A stretch of 36,438 nt of DNA from Sphaeroforma arctica JP610 (lineage: Eukaryota), in the NCBI RefSeq assembly GCF_001186125.1, contig NW_014040217.1, positions 4,083 to 40,520 of the forward strand, given 5' to 3'. The position numbers and the translations under genes are program-made. Positions 12,820 to 23,427 of the stretch are shown piece by piece. Position 1 is the first letter of the stretch. Each line of letters starts with the position of its first letter. Under the pieces are notes generated by a model. It did not search any database and was not told the DNA's origin. It was given only the letters and a program-made list of their open reading frames with translations.

Positions 12820-15475
12820 TCCCCGGATACTCGATAACCCAACAACTGAATCTCGTTAACACCGAAGTGACATTTATTACTGTTGACCTTAAAGTTGTGC
12901 TTGTCGAGTCTATCTAGAACCTCTCGCACAACCCTTTCGTGCTCCTCTTTGGTTTTGGTGAATACCACAATGTCATCAAGTATACTTGTACATTGTCCAT
13001 TTCCCTAAACAAGTTTTAGGCAGGTAACATGTGTAACCCAAAAGGGGCGCCTTTGAACGAATATTGCTGACCCTCCCAGGTAAAGGTGAATACTTCCGGT
13101 GTGGTTTGTAGATCTTCATCTGGTGGTAGCCCTGCTTCAGGTCGATAGTGGAGAATATCTTAGCTCCCTCCATGCGCCTGAGTAGTTCGTTTATCCTTGG
13201 TAAGTGAAAAGTGTGCGTCGGTATCAATATCCAAACACACCCGAACTTTCTTCAGCGTCCCGTCAGAATTGAATTGGTCGACGGCTAAAAGCGCTAGGTT
13301 GACGGGAGTCGGCTCGTATTTGACTGTGATCACTCCGTCATCTAACCATGCTTTAACCTGTTCTCGTACGACCTGCTCATGACGCCATGCAACATAGTTA
13401 CGTGTAGGACAATTCAGCTTCGAGAAATCTACTCTCGTCAGGTATAGACTAACGTATCCGTTATTGAATTTGAACTTAGACCAGTCAGAGATCTGAATCT
13501 TGTCGTTCTCGAAAATCAAGTCCTTGAGTTTCTCTGTGAAGTGAGGGATCATCTTCTTCACAGTCTTCGAAGGTTTATATACCGGTTTCAACAAGTTGTC
13601 GTCCGACTGATCCTTCTGTGGTTCAATGTTAGTAGGTAAGCCTGTAATTGTGATACCTAATGACAATAAATCACTCATACCTACTATGAGATCATAGTCT
13701 AGTGAAGTGTTATATATGACTGCCTTAGTAACTATAGTACGTTGGTCTGTCAATGTAAACCTAAGATCGATTGCCATTTCTCTGCAAGTGATCTCTCTTT
13801 CATCAGCCAGTTTCAACATAGCTGGCTTTGACTTTCGAGTTACGTCTGTCATTTTACAAAATCTAGAGGATATACATGAAATTTGCGAGCCCGGATCCAG
13901 CAACGCTTTATTTCTTGTCCGTTAACTCGTATATCTAGGATTACACGATCGTCTTGAGGTGCGTCCTTTTGTCTTAGTGACAAGACCCGGTATGTTTGTC
14001 ACTTAACTTCAACTTTTGGTTTCACCTTGCATGTATGCTTGTGGTAATCTCCAGTCCCTGTACAGTCGGCACACTTCTCGATAAAGTGCTTACACTTTTC
14101 TGCGTGCCTTCCATTCCATCTGCCATTCGGCTCATGTTGGGTCATTCGCCAATTGCAATCAGTCTCACTACAGTTCTTGACCTCCCTAAGCCTGGGCTTA
14201 GGGTTACCTGCCGGCGGTCCATTTCTTTTGGTCTGGTTATCCTTAGGGATGACATTGTTCTTGTTGCTTTCAGAACCATTATAAACACAAAATACATAAT
14301 ATCCCTATAGTCACTAGTAGTAAGGGGCTATACCTCTTGGAATCAAAGACGTAGATCTAAAACGAGTATGAACACACTACTCTGTGTCAATAAGAGATAC
14401 AAATAAACCCTGATAACAACAGTAACACTACTGAATGTTAGCGTCGCAATAAAACAAGAAACCCCCACACACCATGGGACAACACATCCTCACACTCCAT
14501 GAGGTAGAAATAAAAGGCCAAGAAATCACATCCAGTAAGAACAAAGTAAAAGACTAAAGACTAGAGTAATGCAACAACAAGAACAGCATAGGTACAAACA
14601 AACTAATGAGAACACCACTCAGTAATTAGTTAGAACATATTGTAAATTTGGTATGGACACTCCAGTCCTAAATCACAAGGCGATATACAAGATTACTGTA
14701 GCTACACATAGATTACAAGGATAAACCAACACTAGAAGACAATAGTGTAGCAAAACTAACGGCCAGAAGCCAAATTTCACACAAAAATCCGGACACATGG
14801 ATAACAGTGACAACGTAAAGAATACATGTACACGTGCCAATAACAAAGACTACCAGGAATCAGATAACACATATCGAAATTCAAACATACTAGGCATACC
14901 AATACGTTGTACATCACACACGGCAGCGGGTATAAGCTGACGTATGCACACCACACAAAGCACAGACCACAAAAGATATCTGATAATATCTGTATAAACG
15001 TATACAAGTAGTATTACAGGTGTACAATGAATACTACAAGGTATATAAACATAGGAGGAAGTTCGGAACACCACCGAGACTCAAATAAAAATGAAATATA
15101 ATAGAAAATTTGTAAAACCAAATTACAGGTTTACAAAACCAAAAACCAAGTCACGAGAGAAACTAGGTTTACAACCAATAAACCATCATAAACCCAAGTT
15201 TATCATCTCAAACCAAAAATTCTTCAAATAAACCCAGGTAACTCGAACACGAGCAATTCAAGCCACACAAGCACAAGGCCCTACAATCAGCACGGACACC
15301 GCATGCCACACGGGGACGCAGAAACAGGTAATAAACAAATCTGATTCAACCAATTTACTGATGCATTACAAATATATCCTAACCACACCCCACACGCAGA
15401 ACAGTCAATGACGTCTGCACCATACCAACTCACCAATTATGACACAACAGTCAGTGCACCAAGTACAAAACTAAC

Positions 15476-16419
15476 ATGGGAAACACGACTACAAAATTTA
15501 GAGGAGTCAAAACGACCACAACAAGATGCCAATGTGGCACAATATCAAGAAAAATGCACGCAGCATTTGATCGCAAATATCAAGAGAAGTATGTACACTT
15601 CCAAGAGGGGAACATTGTGATGATTCGGTACCTAGGTGAAATGAATAAAATGGCAGCACTATATGGAGGACCATACAAGGTAGCAAGCAAAGAGGGCAAC
15701 GTATATTTCGTCCGTAACCTTGATGGCACTCGAGCCCCCGAATATCCTAACTCGGTCATTGATGAGCTAATTGGTTTAGTCAAGAAGGCTAGTGAATCAG
15801 AAGGTTTCACTACCAACAATCAAATCTAACAATCAGAAGAGACTCAATTCTCTTCGATACTAGACCACAGAGAATCCACAAGAGGTGGAGGAACCCAGGA
15901 CTACCTATTGCAATGGACAGATGGAGAGCGCACCTGGACACAGGAATCAGACATCGCAGATCCTGATATTCTTACGATATACCGACAGCGTGAACGACGC
16001 AAGCGAAGACAATCCAGGCCGAAGCAGTCAACAGCAATCAGCATTGATGAAAGATCAGCGAGCAACAGGCAGCGCACAAGGCGGGGAACTTAGCCAAGTT
16101 TCATTGACACCAAAGGACACTCCCACTTTTCTCACCTTGAAGCATACTCTGCCCACACACCAGAGGGATAAGAACCAAAGACTCAGTTGAGAGCCACCGT
16201 TGAGATGCGTTTTCCCAAGCCAAGTTGTAATCAACCGAGAGCACAGGTCAAGACTGACTCTGATGAGCGTAGTAGAGTACTCCTGTTATTTAGTATAAAT
16301 TAATTTATTAAGTAATATGTTAGAATGGATAATGGTGGCAGGTTTTTCATCTTATGACCCCTAAGGGACAAGTTTTTCCCTGTACAAAACCACCAACCTC
16401 TAGATAATCGAGTCCTACA
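15476..16419 (+). mobile_element. 3' end of chromovirus-type element C: integrase GPY/F tail, chromodomain, PPT, 3' LTR
   Basis: FQEGNIVMIR...ALYGGPYKV; SILDHRE...QDYLLQWTDGERTWTQESDIADPDILTIYRQ; PPT AAGGCGGGGAAC at ~16078-16089; LTR ~16090-16419 ending CTACA. Confidence 0.85.
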
Positions 16420-16462
16420 AGATGTCACTTTTTACTCCTACGCCGGCTAAGAGTTGGGGGGC

Positions 16463-16776
16463 TGTAGCATCCAGGGGCCAGATTATCAGAAAAGCCAATC
16501 CTACACCCAAAACCCAGGATTATCAAATACTGAGTTTTGGATCCAGGATCCAATATTTCTGATGATAGAGTGATCAGAAATATAGCGGGATTACCGGCAG
16601 ATGATACCGGGACCCCCGCGTGTGAGAGAAACACTTAAGTAAATATTGAGTCTAGTGTAGAAAATACTAAACACATATAAAGACTCAATGCGAGTGCTTC
16701 AGCTGGGGACTTAACCTAGCTGAGAGATTCGCACTTGAGAAGAGGTCTATTGTTTCCTTTACTCTCAAACTCTACA
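16463..16776 (+). repeat. 3' LTR of family D (314 bp) with upstream PPT
   Basis: TGTAG...CTACA termini; preceded by AAGAGTTGGGGGGC; homologous to 26521-26843. Confidence 0.85.
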
Positions 16777-17147
16777 TACTTCGCGCCAATGCATATTATC
16801 GGATGGAAGCCTTTACGTAGGGTATCCTGGCCCAAACACTGTCCACACTGCCGCTTAATTTATGTAGCCAGTTCTAATGCCCCCGGCCAAACGTGTCCGT
16901 TCTGTTGTAACTATTGGACAGTATCGGCAGCGCCGTGGTGGCCTTGCTCATGCTGTGCCTGTGTGAGTTGTGTACGCCGTTGTTGTTCCACTGGTGTGGC
17001 ATTCGCAAAGGCCGGTTGTGCCCCTCACTAGTTAACGCCACGGAAATATCTCGTGCCGTATCCAAACACTGATGGTATGGTGTGTGTCGATGTTCGACAT
17101 AACCTAATCTTTGTGTAAAGCTCTCGGCTAGCTGGAATCCTGACGGC

Positions 17148-17548
17148 GGCCCCACTCGTGCAACGACCGTGTGCCCCGACGACGTCTTTCCACAGGCATA
17201 CTTTGCATACTTTAGAAATGTATGCGGGGTCCGGGGTACTAACACTGGCTTGGCTTGCAATAATTATTTGAAAAGGTCAAACCATGGTGCGCGAGGAGTC
17301 CAAAGTAAGCACGCCGTCGCTATAGCCCCGTCCGCTTTGATCTTCCGAAGCACGCGGTGTATCAACCTCCACGGCGGGTTCATCCACCCGTCCACCATCG
17401 CCCAGTTATGATCAAACGTACCGTCGTGTTCGTACTTTGTTCAAAACCTAGGAAGCTGCGCGTTGTGGGGTGCTGCGAACACGTTTATGTTATTGTGTCC
17501 AAAGACACGTTGTGCTTGTTCGAAGTAGCTGGGAAATAATTGCCAACA
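17148..17548 (-). pseudogene. Dam-like DNA N6-adenine methyltransferase domain in pol of element B
   Basis: WQLFPSYFEQAQRVFGHNNINVFAAPHNAQLPRF*TKYEHDGTFDHNWAMVDGWMNPPWRLIHRVLRKIKADGAIATACLLWTPRAPWFDLFK*...HTVVARVGP; intact NPPW at 17369-17380; in frame with RH. Confidence 0.9.
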
Positions 17549-17815
17549 GTCTGCATACAGGATCTCTGGCATCTCTGTTTCCGCGGTCCCTTCATGTATG
17601 CGACTCAGCATATCCGGCAGGACATTCCTCTCCCCCGGTATATGTGAAATGGTGTAGCTAAAGGGCGCTATGATGTGGTGCCACCTTTGTAGCATCGGAT
17701 TAAGCTTCAGTTGGGTATTCATATATACTGTGCTTTGTGATCCATAAACACCGCAAAGCGCTGGCCGTCGAGGTAGTCACGGAAGTGTGTCAACCTGTAG
17801 ACTAACGCTAGTAGT

Positions 17816-18114
17816 TCCCACTTTTCTCACCTTGAAGCATGCTCTGCCCACACACCAGAGGGATAAGAACCAAAGACTCAGTTGAGAGCCACCGTTGAGA
17901 TGCGTTTTCCCAAGCCAAGTTGTAATCAACCGAGAGCACAGGTCAAGACTGACTCTGATGAGCGTGGTAGAGTACTCCTGTTATTTAGTATAAATTAATT
18001 TAATAAGTAATATGTTAGAATGGAAAATGGTGGCAGGTTTTTCATCTTATGACCCCTAAGGGACAAGTTTTTCCCTGTACAAAACCACCAACCTCTAGAT
18101 AATCTAGTCCTATA
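17816..18114 (+). repeat. 5'-truncated copy of the element C LTR sitting in place of the RT of element B
   Basis: 17816-18112 matches 16121-16417 (297 bp, about five mismatches by eye). Confidence 0.92.
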
Positions 18115-20150
18115 AACCCTTCAACCACTTCTGTACCTGTTCATCGACATACGGTAACCACCGCTCGGGTACAAAGTTGCGTGTCGATCGTCTCATGCTC
18201 ATAACCTGCTCGCGTGTCACCGGTATCGCTACTTCACTCCCCTCTAAGCGGCAACGTGCATTGTCTACAATGTCGGCGTTCGCTTCTAACACTGCGACCA
18301 GCCTTGTCCGTCCTCCGTCGGGTTCGGTGGTGTTGGGGGCTTGACGCCGAGCCATAGGTGTAAGGAGGTCATCTAGTTCCGTTGGGTCGATGGGTGCGAG
18401 TGGTGACTGAATTCCGCCAATGTATACCCGAAGGTCCGTCATCATGTCCAGCCCTAGTCTAATATCGATGCTATCAGGGAGATTCATCAATTCGAACGAT
18501 CCATTGATGATCTCTGAGCGATAACGTATCGGTAGCACTTCTGTTGTCCCCAGGCGAGGAGTGCGTACCGCTCTATCAGTCAAATATATATATAAATCGC
18601 TGGGTACTGGTGTAATTGGTCGTCCTAAGAGGTCTGCGGATGCTCGTGCGATGCAACTACGGCTTGCACCTGTATCTACCAACGCTCGGAATGTACGACC
18701 ATTCACCTGCAATTGTATATAGACACGATTGTCGGAGGACAGCAGTGGGTCTTTTATTGCCATCACTGTCTTCAATGGATGCGTAAACGTAAATATCGGA
18801 CACCCTGAGGTCTCAGTGTTTCTTTGTTATCGGAGTCCATTGGGACTGCGATGTATCCGTTTGTGTATCCGCGGCCTGCTCGATGTCATTGGTTAGGATG
18901 GAGTGTATATGTAACTCCGTGGCCGACTGGCTATCGTGCCCCGGTCCGTCCTCTTGTGTGAGTACAGTAACCTGCGGTGTCGTCGTAGTTGAGGTCGACT
19001 GTCGGCTTGGGTATTGTGGTGGTTGGTGACCGGACCCTTGTGGTGGTGTAAATCGTTGTCCCATTGTAACCTCTCTCTGCTGCTGACTAGTGTCTGACGT
19101 CCGTGTTCTCACGTCCTGCCCCCCAGGTTGGGCCGCCCGATGATGATGGCAGCGCGGTATGTGTCGCAACCCTGGTGGTGCTTGTGCTCGGCAACCGTTG
19201 CACGTCGTTGGGTTAGTTGTTGGAGTCGGACGCTGTTGCCATTATTGCTGCTGACGCTATACTATGTGCGGGCTAGGTCTACTATTCGTCGTCTCCCCCC
19301 GGGCTGTGCTCCCATTGTGACCTCGACGGATGACTAAACGTTGAGTCGAACGAATCTGGGCCTCCTGGATATCCAGACTTAGCAACTGTAGTAATTCACG
19401 AGTCTCCATGAGCTGCCACTTTGGATGTAACTGTAACGTGCGCTCATATGTCCGGGATCCTAAGGTGTCCTCCAACAATTGAACTATGCAGTGGTTGAGC
19501 AATTTTTGCTTAAAGTCTGCGTCGGTCTGACAACGCTCGTGTGCCCGACGATGATTCTCCATAAGGTATGTCATCTGTTTCATCACTGGAACATTACTAA
19601 GCTTCTGGTGTCCCTTTTCTCTAGTTTGCGAAATGTGGGATCCACCGTGGCTTGAGTATCGTGTGAACAGATTTGTGTTCTTTGGAGTTCTGGTGTCCAT
19701 GCAACTAAACGTTGGTGATTGAATTTTATATAATTGAGTGTAGATTGCTCGGCTCTAAAGTGGTTCAACACCTTATAGAACCAACGGAAGCTCCATGCCT
19801 CATCTAGCCCCGAAATTTGCGTGTTCTTAAGGGCTTTACGTAGTGCCCCTTTAGTGTCGCGCTCCATAATGTTGCTGAGTTTGTACCGGTTAGAGGGCCT
19901 CTCAGGCCAACTACGCGGCTCGTGTGGTTCTGGTTTGTTCGCTGGTCGAGAGTCGTATGTTGCTCTCAAAGTCTCAAGTACACCCCGTAGAGCCACCGCT
20001 CGTAGTAAATCGTTCTTCTCCACTGCACTATAGAGCTCTTCTGACCGCTTGAGCATCCGGGCATGCAAGGCCTGGCGGTCAGCCGATATACTGTCCGGAG
20101 TAAGAGGTGTGATCTGTTGAGCTAGACGACGTCGCTTGTCTGCTGGCGTT

Positions 20151-21568
20151 ACTTGATTCGACAGAGTGCGTTCGAGCACTCGACGTGCTTCCAGACTATC
20201 GCCCATAGCTTCCTACACGAACTGTTGTCCCTGACGTTGTGCCTGGATAGACATCTCCATATTATCTCGGCGGATGTCTAGCGCATTCCTACCGTGTGGG
20301 TTCTGCGTAACTCGTTGTTGTTCTTGTACAAAGCTCTGAGGTGATAACGGTTCCTGTCGTGTATCATCCTCCTACTGATCCGACAACGTATACCCTACCC
20401 CGTGACGAGTCTGGTCCGCACCTTTGATGCGGAATTCGAGATTGTCCGGCGGCGGGGATTTCGCCCGTTGTAAGCGTTGTAACCGTCGATCGTATATCTC
20501 CAATAATGATTGCTGTTGTCGAAGTAGATTTGTCAGCTGTTCCGGTGTGTCATTGTCTCTCCCTCGGCTATGTCGGTTTTCTTGTCGACGATGACGCGGG
20601 TGCTTGCCCCCAGCAGCTCTTGAGACCTCTCGAGGAGTTGTACCTACTTGATGTGCAGTCTGCGATGCCGAACGTGTGCCTCTAACGGTTTAGGGTTACG
20701 TTGGTCCCTGTCTGTGAAATCCACATCACTAGGAGTTGTTATCCGCTCATCTCCTTGTTGTTGCACTGTTAGGGTCTGCTGAAGTATTGCATTGTTAGTA
20801 CGATGTTCCGCCTCCAGATCGTCCGACATGTCTCCACTAGCTGACATAACTTGATTCGACGGAGTGCGTCCGAGCATTCGACGTGCCATCAGACTATCGC
20901 CCATAGCTTCCTGCACGAACTGTTGTTGTGGTCAGATATACGATTTAGGGTTATTATGGTTTTTGTGGTTTGGTATACGATTTTGGGTTATTAATGTTTA
21001 TTTATGGATCGGTCATAAACTCAGTTTAGGGCTCTGATCCGAATACGTACATGCGCTAATCCTGTCGTGTAACATCCTCCTACTGATCCGACGACGTATA
21101 CCCTACCCCGTGACGAGTCTGGTCCGCACCTTTGATGCGGAATTCGAGATTGTCCGGCGGTGGGGATTTTGCCCGTTGTAAGCGTTGTAACCGTCGATCG
21201 TATATCTCCAATAATGATTGCTATTGTCGAAGTAGATTTGTCAGCTGTTCCTGTGTGTTACTGTCTCTCCCTCGGCTATGTTGTTTCCCTTGTCGGCGAT
21301 GACCCGGGCGCTTGCCTCCGGCAGCTCTTGAGACCTCTCGAGGAGTTGTACCTACTTGATGCGCAGTCTGCGATGCCGAACGTGTGCCTCTTAACGGTTC
21401 AGGGTTACGTTGGTCCCTGTCTGTAAAATCCACATCACTGGGAGTTGTTATCTGCCCATTTCGTTGTTGTTGCACTGTTAGGGTCCGCTGAAGTATTACT
21501 TCGTTAGGGATAATATTATTTATTAGTGCGATGTTCCGCCTCCAGATCGTCCAACATGTCTCCACTAG
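20151..21568. repeat. ~700-bp tandem duplication in the gag-like region of element B
   Basis: 20151-20228 matches 20849-20926 and 20353-20840 matches 21061-21568; a ~130-bp middle segment differs. Confidence 0.9.
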
Positions 21569-22770
21569 TGTCTGCGCGATCCTGGGTGCGACGTCTAAAA
21601 CCCCGTTGATGAATGTCATCTCTCTCGCGTTGTTCTGGCAACAGATGTTGTTGTCGTCGACTCTGTTTAATATTGGTTATGGTGGCCCTGAGTTATGGCT
21701 GTCGATTAATAAACGATGTGACGTTATCTTTGCCTCTCTTCCGCCTTATCATGTCATCGCTATTCGAATAACCTGAAGCCCTGTTGACGGTACATACATC
21801 GTCTACGTCTTGCTCTATTTCGTAGTATCGACGCATCGGCGTTGTCCCTGCATAGGCAATCGTGCCTTAAGCTAATCCCGGGTCTCGTTGTGGTTGCTCT
21901 TTTACTTTTCCAACTAACCCCTGCTCTTGGCTCACGTGCCACTGCTCTCTCGGTAACTCCATGCTCCCAACATCCGTCTTCCATCTCATCTAAGCACATG
22001 TTCTTTACTCCTTTCAAAGCTCATCTAATCCCCCAACGATTGTCGCCTCTAACCTCTCGTAGCTAATCAGTTTGTCCGCCAATATCACCCGTCGTTCTCG
22101 TCTGGGATCCTGGACTTACGCAAGCACTTGTCTCTTCTAACTCGCTTGGACGGCGCACCCCCACATTGAACGCACACACAAATTGCCATTGCTTTGTATT
22201 CACGTACACATTGATGTCACTTGCTTGCAGGTTCATCACTCATGGTACTAACGTATTTCACATTATTGTGCTCTATACTGGTGTATGAGCTTACTGTGTG
22301 TGCAACTTACTTCCTGTCTGTTTAACACTTGCTGTAATGCACATCTCTCCGTGTTCCTGTCTTTGCATGGATATCTGTTACCGTGAAATCTTACCCATGT
22401 CATACTGCCACTCCGATTATGTCTGACCACTATTTCTTATTTCAATTTTTTTACTTGAGTACTATATATGGTGCATCTTACATATATATCCCTATTTGAC
22501 ATTTTCTGACGTGTACGTCCACATTCCTTGTTGTCTTGGTGATCTTCCAACTTTTACACCTATCTTTTTTATTTATTATTTGTGTTCCACTTCGTCTTCT
22601 GTAATCTGTCATCTTTCTTCCTTGTTCTCTTCAACCTTCCTGGTGTGGCTCGGATCTGGCGAAGGTGTTAGTGCCCATAACGGTGCGGTTATTTCTTGAT
22701 GTGGTGTGGTTCGGAGTCTCCATGTCGATGTAAAGGTACATACTCTTTGGGTTTGTTCTATCATATCATC

Positions 22771-23427
22771 GCTGGAGTCTACGGCATGAAGAAACTCTGG
22801 CGGATCATCAAACGATCTGCGAAAGGGTTAAAAGTTCCTACTGACCATATTGCACTCCTTGCGATGCGGAAGTAAGATGGCTTCACTGATGACCCGCGCG
22901 GTCGTCGGGAGCAGCGTTGGCAGGAGGTCTACCGAGATATCGATATACGTATATACCACGTTCGGGGTAAAGGCAATAGGATAGCCGACATGTTTTCTCG
23001 GTTGACTCATGTAGTTGACTACGAAATGCAGCTAGCTCGGAAGCCAGCGAAAAGCACAGCGAAGCGTGTTCACTGGTCCCTAGTTGATACGTCCACCCCC
23101 AGAACGACAGAGTATAAATTGGCAGTGATGTGGTTCCGCCTGGCGGATGCCCGCTTCGGCCCCCACCATGCTGACGGATCTGCTCTTCCAGGAAGTCAAT
23201 AAATGATTCCCTTCTATTCTCCTCCTCTGAAGGGAGGGGTATGGGCGCTTTGCTGGCGCACTCTCAACTTATGGCTCAATCCTCCGTGGGAGGATTTAGA
23301 GCGTCTTTTTCTCAAGGTCGTATCCGATAAGGTGGTGGGCGTGACGGTCTGTTGCATTGGTTTTCGGTGATACACATGTTCCTCTTGGCATTGCACATAG
23401 TGATACCCCCCGCAGATTGAGTCCAGA
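22771..23427 (+). pseudogene. Retrotransposon pol fragment F: RNase H C-half plus Dam-like MTase
   Basis: One frame: AGVYGMKKLWR...VPTDHIALL...QRWQEVYRDIDIRIYHVRGKGNRIADMFSRL...EYKLAVMWFRLADARFGPHHADGSALPGSQ*MIPFYS...WRTLNLWLNPPWEDLERLFLKVV; NPPW at 23278-23289. Confidence 0.82.

Larger units (their letters stand above)
8146..14310 (-). mobile_element. Ty3/gypsy LTR retrotransposon A, decayed and 5'-truncated: gag end-PR-RT-RH-Dam-like MTase-INT-chromodomain-like-PPT-3' LTR
   Basis: PR ALLDPGSQISCIS; RT KVRVCLD, FSTIDLKQGYHQM, DDIVVF, LGYRVS; RH VATDASD, QQELLAIV; INT H..H, CNNC, IIDL, SDNGSEF, PYKPQTQGANE. Domain order is gypsy-type. Multiple stops and frameshifts; 5' boundary approximate. 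Confidence 0.93.
16777..22100 (-). mobile_element. Ty3/gypsy element B, decayed: gag-like region-PR-[RT mostly deleted]-RH-Dam-like MTase-integrase zinc finger (truncated by LTR D)
   Basis: PR ALVDTGASRSCI (18110-18775); RH ELLALVYRLTHFRDYLDG...RWHHIIAPFSYTISHIPGERNVLPDMLSR; INT finger HEQGHHGAADT...GHVWPG...KRQCGQC...KGFHP (16780-16950). 5' boundary approximate. Confidence 0.88.

Noticed and set aside
9156..13998. Classifying the MTase-bearing elements as DIRS
   Set aside because: A has an aspartic protease, DDE integrase, PPT and TG-initiated LTR; B has a protease and an integrase zinc finger. No tyrosine recombinase motif was seen in the window.
11233..17443. Alternative genetic code (TGA=Trp) to explain stops at Trp positions
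   Set aside because: One such stop is TAG. The intact aquaporin and the ~980-codon LINE frame contain no in-frame TGA, and the LINE ORF ends in TGA. Ordinary G-to-A decay explains them.
20920..21050. Intron-like segment on the minus strand (GTACGT...CTGAC...CAG) in one duplicate unit of element B
   Set aside because: Splicing does not restore the gag-like frame, and the CAG is also present in the other unit as coding sequence.
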